DNA from: Sedimentisphaerales bacterium
GTDB lineage: Bacteria > Planctomycetota > Phycisphaerae > Sedimentisphaerales > SM23-30
Assembly: GCA_963663965.2 (NCBI GenBank)
Contig: CAXXFK010000034.1
Location: 1-27,970 of the forward strand
DNA length: 27,970 nucleotides
Reading direction: 5' to 3'
Part shown: in pieces, positions 20,128 to 27,970 of the stretch
Position numbering within the stretch: the stretch's first letter is position 1
Layout: each line of letters begins with the position of its first letter
The notes under the pieces: generated by a model
Database searches by the model: none
What the model was told of the DNA's origin: nothing
The model's input: the letters and a program-made list of their open reading frames with translations, nothing else
Position numbers and translations under genes: made by a program

Positions 20128-20307
20128 ATGATCAAAGTGAAGTCGCGTACCGGCGAATCCGTTCAACAGATGATGAAGCGTTTCAAAAAGCTTTGTGAAA
20201 AAGAAGGTCTGATCAAGGATATCAAAAAGCAGAGCTATTACGAAAAACCCTCTGAGAAGAAACGCCGCCGCAACCGCAAGTCACGCCCAATGAATTTCAG
20301 CCGCTAA
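20128..20307 (+). CDS. rpsU: 30S ribosomal protein S21
   Basis: 59 aa, absent from the ORF track: MIKVKSRTGESVQQMMKRFKKLCEKEGLIKDIKKQSYYEKPSEKKRRRNRKSRPMNFSR, with the bS21 RFK and YEKPS motifs and a GGAG SD. Confidence 0.95.
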   Translation: MIKVKSRTGESVQQMMKRFKKLCEKEGLIKDIKKQSYYEKPSEKKRRRNRKSRPMNFSR

Positions 20308-20569
20308 CCGCCCCCCGAGTAATAATACCTCCCGCCAGGCGGCCTTAAGGGCAACTCTGCCGCACCACGCAATCGATACAGATAAAAAAGCTGGAGAGCA
20401 CTAAGGCTTTATCTGAGATACGGAATCGGACTAACCGCACTCTGCTCCACTTAAAGCGGTACCTCTCCATCTATGAAGTGATCTTACTCAAGTTAAAATA
20501 TGACTCTTGCACAAAGAGTAACAGTACAAGCATCAGATTAAACTCATTTTCACTCGAAAGGAGCCCATT

Positions 20570-23206
20570 GTGAAAACCTCGAAACAAAATGTCTGCTGGA
20601 TGTTGTTAATCCTGGCAGTCGTGGCGATCTTTGCCGGGCCGCTTATGGCCCAGGATGAGACCGCTCCGGTCACTGACGGAGAACAGACAGTTTCTTTTTG
20701 GACTAATATTCTAAATGTTTGTTCTTCCATTCCGTTGATCTGGTGGATCGCACCGGTCATGGCGATTGTGGCGTTATTCATGGCCAGGAAATACTTTAAA
20801 GAAGTAAAAGCGGCTAATCCCGGTGATGAGGAAATGCAACGGATAGCCGGGTATGTGACCGATGGCGCAATGGCCTATCTGAAACGACAATATAAGGTCG
20901 TGTTCTGGTTCTTTCTGGTGGTCAGTATCATTCTGTTTATCATGGGTAAAATGCACCTTCAGCACCAGATTGTGTTCGTCGCGTTTCTGACCGGCGGATT
21001 CTTCAGCGGCTTATGCGGCTGGTTTGGTATGAAAACCGCAACCCTGGCATCGAGCCGAACGGCGCAAGGCGCTAAAGAGAGTTTGAACCGCGGTTTACAA
21101 GTGGCGTTTCGTGCTGGCGCGGTGATGGGCCTGGTTGTCGTTGGTTTTGGTTTACTGGATATTTGCGGCTGGTTCCTGGGTTTGAACTTCTTTACGGATA
21201 TGTCGCTGGTTGAAATTACCGTGGTGATGCTGACGTTCGGTATGGGCGCCAGTTCACAGGCGTTGTTTGCCCGTGTCGGTGGCGGTATTTATACCAAAGC
21301 CGCGGATGTCGGCGCCGACCTGGTGGGTAAAGTGGAAGCGGGTATCCCGGAAGACGATCCGCGCAACCCGGCTACGATTGCCGATAATGTCGGTGACAAC
21401 GTGGGTGACGTGGCCGGTATGGGCGCTGACCTTTACGAAAGTTATTGCGGTTCGATTCTGGCGACCGCCGCACTGGGTGTTTCGGCTGCGGTCAGCTTTG
21501 GCCTGGATAAAGGCGAGACCCTGACCGCTTCGATGAAATTGCTGGCGGCCCCGATGGTGCTGGCCGGCGTCGGTATTTTGCTGTCAATCTGGGGTGTATC
21601 GTTGGTGAGGACCAAAGAAGGCGCCAGCATGAAAGAGTTGATGGGCGCGTTAATGAAAGCGATTACCTGGCCGAGTATTGCGATTCTGGCCGCCGCGCTG
21701 GGGATCTGCTATATGCTGATGAATGATATCGAGTCCGTGAACTGGCTGGGCATGTGGGGTTCGATTTGTGTGGGGATGATTGCCGGTTTGGTTATCGGCA
21801 AAGCCACGGAATATTACACCAGTTACGATTATAAACCCACCCAGGAAGTGGCTAAAAACGCATTGACCGGCCCGGCGACGGTAATTATTTCCGGTATAGC
21901 CGAAGGCATGAAATCCACCTGGATGTCGCTGGCAACGGTGATCGTTGCCATTACCCTGGCCTACAGTTTTGCCGGTGGCGCTGATAACATGCTGCTGGGT
22001 CTGTATGGTGTGGGTATCGCGGCGGTTTCGATGCTGTCCACGCTGGGTGTATCATTGGCGACCGATGCTTATGGTCCGATCGCCGATAACGCCGGGGGTA
22101 ACGCCGAAATGACCCATCAGGATCCTTCCGTACGCAAAAAAACCGACGCGCTCGATTCTCTGGGCAACACCACCGCTGCGATTGGCAAAGGTTTTGCCAT
22201 TGGTTCAGCGGCGCTGACCGCCCTGGCGTTGCTGGCCGCGTACGTTGAAGAAGTGCGTATTGGTCAGGTTCGTGAAGGTAAAGCGGCCATTATCCAGATC
22301 GATGAGACCGCTGCCAGTGAAGCGGATGCCGGTATTGGCAGTCTGGTTTATGCCGGTTACGGTAAAATTGGTCACAAGAAAGAGTCCGGCATTACCGATC
22401 CCGCTTTTGATTGCTATATGATTCTGAATGGTGACAAACACCTGCTGGAAGATAAAAAAGGCCAGTCCATCCAGGCCGGCGCTACCCTGGGCGAACCGGA
22501 TGAAGATACCAATGTTCGCGTTCTGACCATTGCCGGATTGAATGAAGGCAAGAACGCCAAATTTGAAGTCATCTCGGCTCATAAAGCCACGTTGCGTCAA
22601 TACATGGATTTCTATGAAGTCAACCTGATGAATCCCAAGGTCTTGTGCGGTTTGTTCGCCGGTGTCCTGCTGGTGTTCCTGTTCAGCGCTTTGACCATGA
22701 AAGCGGTGGGTCGCGCGGCGATGGCGATGGTTCAGGAAGTCCGTCGTCAGTTTAGAGAGATTCCGGGTATTCTGGAAGGCAAAGCCACCCCGGAATATGC
22801 CAAGTGCGTGGCGATTTCAACCGCCGGCGCCCAGAGGGAAATGATTGTTCCTTCCTTGCTGGCTATTGCGATTCCGGTAGTCGTCGGTTTATTGCTGGAT
22901 GTGGCCGGTGTGCTCGGTTTGCTGGCCGGCGGTCTGTCATGCGGTTTTGCCGTGGCGATCTTCATGGCCAACGCGGGCGGTTCCTGGGACAATGCCAAGA
23001 AGTATATCGAAACCGGCCAGCATGGCGGCAAGGGTTCTGACGCGCACAAGGCGGCAGTAACCGGCGACACCGTGGGTGACCCGTTCAAAGATACGTCCGG
23101 CCCGTCATTGAACATTCTGATCAAACTGATGAGTATGGTCTCGGTGGTCTTTGCCGGTGTGATTGTTAAATTCGCGCCGATTATCGCGGATATGCTGGGT
23201 CTGTAG
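20570..23206 (+). CDS. hppA: Membrane-bound, K+-dependent sodium-translocating pyrophosphatase
   Basis: [59 protein letters not shown] (K+-dependent Ala variant), WDNAKK and [14 protein letters not shown]. Confidence 0.95.
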   Translation: MKTSKQNVCWMLLILAVVAIFAGPLMAQDETAPVTDGEQTVSFWTNILNVCSSIPLIWWIAPVMAIVALFMARKYFKEVKAANPGDEEMQRIAGYVTDGAMAYLKRQYKVVFWFFLVVSIILFIMGKMHLQHQIVFVAFLTGGFFSGLCGWFGMKTATLASSRTAQGAKESLNRGLQVAFRAGAVMGLVVVGFGLLDICGWFLGLNFFTDMSLVEITVVMLTFGMGASSQALFARVGGGIYTKAADVGADLVGKVEAGIPEDDPRNPATIADNVGDNVGDVAGMGADLYESYCGSILATAALGVSAAVSFGLDKGETLTASMKLLAAPMVLAGVGILLSIWGVSLVRTKEGASMKELMGALMKAITWPSIAILAAALGICYMLMNDIESVNWLGMWGSICVGMIAGLVIGKATEYYTSYDYKPTQEVAKNALTGPATVIISGIAEGMKSTWMSLATVIVAITLAYSFAGGADNMLLGLYGVGIAAVSMLSTLGVSLATDAYGPIADNAGGNAEMTHQDPSVRKKTDALDSLGNTTAAIGKGFAIGSAALTALALLAAYVEEVRIGQVREGKAAIIQIDETAASEADAGIGSLVYAGYGKIGHKKESGITDPAFDCYMILNGDKHLLEDKKGQSIQAGATLGEPDEDTNVRVLTIAGLNEGKNAKFEVISAHKATLRQYMDFYEVNLMNPKVLCGLFAGVLLVFLFSALTMKAVGRAAMAMVQEVRRQFREIPGILEGKATPEYAKCVAISTAGAQREMIVPSLLAIAIPVVVGLLLDVAGVLGLLAGGLSCGFAVAIFMANAGGSWDNAKKYIETGQHGGKGSDAHKAAVTGDTVGDPFKDTSGPSLNILIKLMSMVSVVFAGVIVKFAPIIADMLGL

Positions 23207-23225
23207 TCTAATTAATTGATTAACT

Positions 23226-23264
23226 AACCGTCATGGCATCCACTGGTGCCATGGCGGTTTTTTT
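23226..23264 (+). terminator. Intrinsic terminator after hppA
   Basis: AACCGTCATGGCATC-CACT-GGTGCCATGGCGGTT stem followed by a T run. Confidence 0.8.
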
Positions 23265-23346
23265 ATGCAACAACCGTCGGGATTGAACGTTGGCAGTGAA
23301 GTAAGAGGTTCGGTTAGAGTGAACCCTGACGATTAAAAGAGATATC

Positions 23347-25218
23347 ATGAATACATCAAGTTGGTGTCATTTTCTAAGAAAGACGGGTTTGATTACAATG
23401 AGTCTGTGGATCGTTACCGTGTCGTATCCGATCACGGCCCAGGCGGCCCCCGGTCGTCAGCCTAATATCATTATGATACTGGCCGATGATCTGGGCTGGA
23501 TGGATTGCGGGGCTTATGGCAGCCGGTATTACCAGACGCCCCATATCGACACGCTGGCCCGGCGGGGCATGACGTTTACCAATGCCTATGCCGCCAGTCC
23601 ATTATGTTCACCCACGCGCGCCAGTATTATGACCGGGCAATATCCGGCCCGGACCCGGATTACCACCCCGGCCTGTCATTTGCCGCCCTTGCCGCCGGAT
23701 CGGCCAATGCTGGGTGAAAAAGCGGACGCGCGGCACGCCGTAGTGACGCCGGAAAGCGCCCGCTTTTTACCGCTGGAACAGTATACCCTGGGAGAGGCCT
23801 TTCGTGATGCCGGTTACCATACTGGATTTATTGGCAAATGGCATCTGGGTAAAGATCCGAAATACTGGCCGGGACAGCAGGGATTTGGGGTGGACCTCGG
23901 CGTGCCCAATCCCGGACCGCCAAGTTATTTTGCGCCCTATCATATGGAACACTACAGCGACGCGCCCAGGGGCGAATATATTACCGATCGCATCACCGAT
24001 GAAGCGATCCGGTATATTGATCAGCATCGGGACGAGCCGTTTATGTTGTGCTGGTGGCATTTAGCCGTCCATGCGCCGTTTCAGGCTCAGGAAGAACTGG
24101 CCGCGCATTATCGCGATAAAACCGATCCGCGCGGCAAGCAGTCCTGTCCGATTATGGCCGGGATGATCGAGAGTATGGATATTGGAATTGGGCGGGTGTT
24201 AGATCGCTTGCAGGAACTTGGGATTGCGGATAATACGATTATATTTTTTACCAGCGATAATGGTGGGAATATGTATAATGAAGTCGAAGGTCAGCCGCCT
24301 ACCAATAATGACCCTTTACGTGGAACGAAGGGGTGTATTTATGAGGGTGGGACGCGGGTGCCCTGGATTGTGTACTGGCCGGGTGTCACCCAGCCGGGCA
24401 CACAAAGCGCAGAAATTATCAGTACGGTTGATATGTATCCGACTATGCTGGACATGGCCGGTATTGCTTATCCCGAACAACAACATCTGGATGGCATGAG
24501 TATTGTTCCAGTATTGAAAAGCGGCAGTGGACTGGATCGAGAAGGGGTGTTCTTTCATTTTCCGCATTATACCCCGGCCACATTAAACCGGCCATCCACC
24601 TCGGTGCGACAGGGAGACTGGAAGCTGATTCGCTTTTATGGAGAAGGGCCGGATCAAACCGATGGCTTTGAGTTGTATAATTTGAACGATGATATCAGTG
24701 AAACCAATAATCTGGCAGAGGCCTTTCCGCAACGCGTTCAAGAGATGAATCGTCTGATTGATCGCCATCTCAAGGATACCGATGCGATTATCCCGATCAG
24801 AAATCCGGCATATATCCCACGCGTACCCGGCTGGCAACCATCGAATGATGCCCGCATCGATCTGTCCAATGGCGTGATGAAGGTGGTATCAAGCGGGAAC
24901 GATCCATATATCTATACTGAAGATATCCCGATTGCCAGTCATTTTTTCAGGATTCGATTCCGGATGAAATCGAGTCTGAGCGGTGGGGGAGCGTTGTATT
25001 GGACTGGGGGTAATGTCAAAGCGTTTTCCCACGAGAACAGGTTGGCCTTTGACCCGAACCATGATGGGAAATGGCATGATTATCAACTCGATTTTGAATC
25101 AAAAAATCCATTGAATCGTATTCGGATCGATCCGGGAACCAGCGCCGGTACCGTTGAAATCGAATCCATTATCCTGGAACGAAAATGGGGATTGCAGATC
25201 AAGGAATGGCGTTTTTGA
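23347..25218 (+). CDS. Secreted Cys-type sulfatase (S1) with C-terminal beta-sandwich domain
   Basis: PNIIMILADDLGW, CSPTRASIMTG, GKWHLG, AVHAP, SDNGG, YEGGTRVP and GDWKLI, plus about 130 extra C-terminal residues. Confidence 0.92.
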   Translation: MNTSSWCHFLRKTGLITMSLWIVTVSYPITAQAAPGRQPNIIMILADDLGWMDCGAYGSRYYQTPHIDTLARRGMTFTNAYAASPLCSPTRASIMTGQYPARTRITTPACHLPPLPPDRPMLGEKADARHAVVTPESARFLPLEQYTLGEAFRDAGYHTGFIGKWHLGKDPKYWPGQQGFGVDLGVPNPGPPSYFAPYHMEHYSDAPRGEYITDRITDEAIRYIDQHRDEPFMLCWWHLAVHAPFQAQEELAAHYRDKTDPRGKQSCPIMAGMIESMDIGIGRVLDRLQELGIADNTIIFFTSDNGGNMYNEVEGQPPTNNDPLRGTKGCIYEGGTRVPWIVYWPGVTQPGTQSAEIISTVDMYPTMLDMAGIAYPEQQHLDGMSIVPVLKSGSGLDREGVFFHFPHYTPATLNRPSTSVRQGDWKLIRFYGEGPDQTDGFELYNLNDDISETNNLAEAFPQRVQEMNRLIDRHLKDTDAIIPIRNPAYIPRVPGWQPSNDARIDLSNGVMKVVSSGNDPYIYTEDIPIASHFFRIRFRMKSSLSGGGALYWTGGNVKAFSHENRLAFDPNHDGKWHDYQLDFESKNPLNRIRIDPGTSAGTVEIESIILERKWGLQIKEWRF

Positions 25219-25265
25219 GGTTGAATACCTGGAGTGATAACGGGACCTCATAAAATTCTGATGAT

Positions 25266-25302
25266 AAAAAAGACCCTGTCGCGATTTGATCAGGGTCTTT
25301 TT
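25266..25302. terminator. Bidirectional intrinsic terminator
   Basis: AAAAAAGACCCTG..CAGGGTCTTTTT between convergent genes. Confidence 0.8.
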
Positions 25303-25331
25303 CTAGGAGCCATTTAGAGGTTATTGTTGTT

Positions 25332-26626
25332 TTATTGCTGGGGCGCTTCGGTTGCGGGTGGATTGGCGTTGCGTCGCATGCCGCGCCCGGCCCCCATGCC
25401 CTGTCCGGCGCCCTGGCGTCGGCCTTGTCCCATTCCCCGGCCAGGTCCATATCCTTGTGGGGAGGGATTATTCAGTGGCTGGTCAACTGGCGGCGCTATC
25501 TGAGCGGGATTATTTGGTTTTGATTCACAATTGCCTTCACAGGAGCTATTCTGGTCGCAGGTATCACATCCCCCCTGGTTGGGTAAAGGGTACAAGTCGG
25601 GTGCGGGTCCAAAATTATTCTGGAAATTGGGGCCTTGCCATGGAAATTCGGGTAGTGTGGAGAACCCTTCCGATCCGGGCCCAAAGCCTTGCTGGCGTCC
25701 CATCATGCGTCCGCCGCCCATGCCCTGACCTCTCTGTTGCATCATACCCTGGCGTTGTCCCATACCGCGTCCGCCTTGCATGGCCTGCGGACCGGGACCA
25801 AAGCCTGTTGCGGGCCCATCATGCGTCCGCCACCGAAGCCTTGTCCTCTCTGCATCATCATACCCTGGCGTTGTCCCATACCGCGTCCGCCTTGCATGGC
25901 CTGCGGACCGGGTCCAAAGCCCTGTTGCGGGCCCATCATGCGTCCGCCGCCCATGCCTTGTCCTCTCTGCATCATCATACCCTGGCGTTGTCCCATACCG
26001 CGTCCGCCTTGCATGGCCTGCGGACCGGGTCCAAAGCCCTGTTGCGGGCCCATCATGCGTCCGTCGCCCATCCCTTGTCCTCTCTGCATCATCATGCCCT
26101 GACGTTGTCCCATGCCGCGCCCACCTTGCATGGCCTGCGGACCGGGCCCAAAGCCCTGTTGCGGGCCCATCATGCGCCCGCCGCCGAAGCCTTGTCCTCT
26201 CTGCATCATCATGCCCTGACGTTGTCCCATGCCGCGCCCACCTTGCATGGCCTGTGGACCGGGCCCAAAGCCTTGCTGGCGTCCCATCATGCGTCCGCCG
26301 CCGAAGCCTTGTCCTCTTTGCATCATCATGCCCTGACGTTGTCCCATGCCGCGTCCGCCTTGCATGGCGCGTGGTCCTGGTCCCATGCCCTGGCCCGGTC
26401 CGCAAGGTCGTCCACATACTGGACATTGATTATCTAGATTAGACTGAAATGCCGGACCCTGGCGGCCAAAGCCTTCATCCTGCTGCATGGCCATCTGGCG
26501 TCCACCGCCCCAGCCGCCGCCGCGAATGCCTTGTTGGCGGTTACCGCCGCCCCGGCCTTGTTGCGCGAAAGTAACAGAGGTTGCAAGCATTAAAATGACA
26601 GCAAAAATTTTTAGTGAAGTTTTCAT
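25332..26626 (-). CDS. Secreted low-complexity Gly/Met/Gln/Arg tandem-repeat protein with Cys clusters (one frameshift ~25804)
   Basis: GGAG SD + ATG 26626, signal peptide MKTSLKIFAVILMLATSVTFA, CPVCGRPC and six 39-aa repeats. One C is missing relative to sister repeats (AAGCCTG vs AAGCCCTG), which joins ORF 25742..26716 to the end of ORF 25332..26426. Confidence 0.85.
25681..26381 (-). repeat. Six tandem 117-bp coding repeats
   Basis: CCAAAG anchors at 25681, 25798, 25914, 26031, 26148 and 26265 (spacing 117, one 116); unit GPGPQAMQGGRGMGQRQGMMMQRGQGFGGGRMMGPQQGF. Confidence 0.95.
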
Positions 26627-26701
26627 TTTGTTTCTCCAGATGTAATGATTTTCAATTTTTAGTTTCAAACAACAATCTGCAGATTTTTGTTGCTTCCACT
26701 G

Positions 26702-26733
26702 TTTGAACGGGAGCAATGCGATAAAGCCTGCGA
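26702..26733 (-). promoter_or_regulatory. Candidate ECF sigma-dependent promoter of the repeat-protein gene
   Basis: TCGCAGG-17 nt-CGTTCAAA, matching the motif at 27373-27403. Confidence 0.55.
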
Positions 26734-26802
26734 AAAAAAATGAACCTGAAATTTTTCATTCCCATTTTGTCGATATATTTTATATGATAATATAACACAC
26801 GC

Positions 26803-27372
26803 ATGGCAGACTGGCATAGTAAAACTGATGAAGCATTGATGTTGGAATTGGCCGCAGGGGACATGGCGCCCCTGGGAGAACTGGTGCGCCGACATCAGGA
26901 TAAAGCGCTGGCGCTGGCTTATCGGACACTTCGAAATAATGATCTGGCCGAAGATATCGCCCAGGATGCGTTTATCCGGGTGTATAAAGCGGCGGCCAGT
27001 TATCGTCCGGAAGCCAAATTTACCACCTGGTTTTATCGGATTGTGGTCAATTTGTGTCTGGATGCGATGAGACGGTCAGCGAAAAATCCTGTCAATGTCG
27101 AAGAATTCCCGGAAAAATCTTCCGGTCGGAAACAGGACGATCCGGCTTATCCTCTGGAGGCTCAAGAAATTTCACAAGTTATTGAGAATGCCATGGATAA
27201 GTTAAATGAGCGTCAACGGGCGGTCCTGGTTCTACATCGATTTGAAGGTTTGAGTCATACTCGAATCGCTGAAATTACCGGCTGGAGTGAATCCGCGATA
27301 GAATCTTTGCTGGTCAGGGCCTACCAGAAATTAAGAACACTATTAAAAGACTATCGAATAAATCTGAAATAA
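26803..27372 (+). CDS. ECF RNA polymerase sigma factor (sigma-70 family)
   Basis: Region 2 AEDIAQDAFIRVY..FTTWFYRIVVNLCLD; region 4 LNERQRAVLVL..EGLSHTRIAEITG..SLLVRA. Confidence 0.95.
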   Translation: MADWHSKTDEALMLELAAGDMAPLGELVRRHQDKALALAYRTLRNNDLAEDIAQDAFIRVYKAAASYRPEAKFTTWFYRIVVNLCLDAMRRSAKNPVNVEEFPEKSSGRKQDDPAYPLEAQEISQVIENAMDKLNERQRAVLVLHRFEGLSHTRIAEITGWSESAIESLLVRAYQKLRTLLKDYRINLK

Positions 27373-27403
27373 TCACAGGATATAAGAAACGAAAACGTTG
27401 AAA
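27373..27403 (+). promoter_or_regulatory. Candidate ECF sigma-dependent promoter of the anti-sigma gene
   Basis: TCACAGG-16 nt-CGTTGAAA fills the short sigma/anti-sigma intergenic gap. Confidence 0.55.
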
Positions 27404-27416
27404 TAACGGTGTAACT

Positions 27417-27890
27417 ATGGAAAATCACATTAACAACATAGAATTACTGGACTATATCAACGGCAGTCTGATCGATTCGGACCGTCAGAGAGTTCAGAGA
27501 CACCTGTCTGAATGTGACCGGTGCCAGGCGATGCTGGCGGACTATCAGGACACCTGGCAGATATTAGGCAACTGGCAACCGGCCTGTTCAAACAAAGATC
27601 TGACCTCAATCGTACTGGATCGAATCCGGTCCGAATCCACCTTAACGGTACGTCGTCCCTTCATCTGGGGATTGGATATCCGGGGTCTGATGCGGACCGC
27701 CGCCAGTGTGGCGGCTGCGATTTTAATCGGGCATCTTGCCGGACGGTGGAGTTTGCCGCCTGGAAACGAGGCGGTAAATGATGATACCATTGTTCAGGCG
27801 CTTTACATGGATATTCTGACACCGGGAACCGCTACCGGATGGGGTCAGATCATCCTGGAGTCAGAAACCGACAGCGATTCACAAGGGTAA
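27417..27890 (+). CDS. Zinc-binding (zf-HC2/ZAS) membrane-anchored anti-sigma factor
   Basis: HLSECDRC (HxxxCxxC), a single TM segment AASVAAAILIGHLAG, and position directly downstream of the ECF sigma. Confidence 0.88.
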   Translation: MENHINNIELLDYINGSLIDSDRQRVQRHLSECDRCQAMLADYQDTWQILGNWQPACSNKDLTSIVLDRIRSESTLTVRRPFIWGLDIRGLMRTAASVAAAILIGHLAGRWSLPPGNEAVNDDTIVQALYMDILTPGTATGWGQIILESETDSDSQG

Positions 27891-27894
27891 TCTT

Positions 27895-27970
27895 ATGAGA
27901 CTACGCGGCGCTGTTTTAATTCTGATCATTTTTTGCCTGGTGCTGGGACTGGGAGCATTTATTTTTACCC
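27895..27970 (+). CDS. N-terminus of a membrane-anchored/exported protein (partial), third gene of the ECF locus
   Basis: ATG 4 nt after the anti-sigma stop: MRLRGAVLILIIFCLVLGLGAFIFT (basic start + hydrophobic helix). Confidence 0.6.
   Translation, partial: MRLRGAVLILIIFCLVLGLGAFIFT

Noticed and set aside
20392..20469. tRNA-like element (GGAGAG...CTCTCCA ends)
   Set aside because: There is no TTC T-loop, canonical D-loop or 7-nt anticodon loop on either strand.
25681..26381. CRISPR array
   Set aside because: The units are contiguous 117-bp repeats with no unique spacers, a length divisible by three, and variation consistent with coding; no cas genes are present.
25352..26442. His-rich (LHHH) and Cys/Pro-rich plus-strand ORFs over the repeat
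   Set aside because: These are antisense shadows of the repeat. Only the minus-strand frame has an SD, a signal peptide and a matching promoter candidate.

Overview
Bacterial chromosomal segment, most likely from Planctomycetota (Phycisphaerae/Sedimentisphaerales-like). This is inferred from the PEP-CTERM gene, the many secreted LamG/Ig proteins ending in a dockerin-like 'DxxxxCxxDxxDxxxxxxxWL' module, and the Cys-type sulfatases. The left 16 kb is a glycan-degradation/cell-surface island: a GHL10-like lipoprotein, DUF1080 and GH78 rhamnosidase operon, a sulfatase-PA14 fusion, three genes sharing a recently triplicated LamG domain with swapped tails, and two paralogous multidomain LamG proteins. 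The middle holds a sulfatase remnant, a CYTH protein, an outer-membrane barrel, cimA, rpsU (missed by the ORF track), a K+-dependent membrane pyrophosphatase with a signal peptide and a large loop insertion, and a second sulfatase. At the right end, a secreted Gly/Met/Gln/Arg protein built from six 117-bp tandem repeats and flanked by Cys clusters is divergent from an ECF sigma/zinc anti-sigma locus. A shared TCRCAGG-N16/17-CGTTNAAA motif precedes the repeat gene and the anti-sigma gene. About ten single-base indels in the first 6.3 kb look like sequencing errors. No CRISPR, tRNA, rRNA or transposase was seen.
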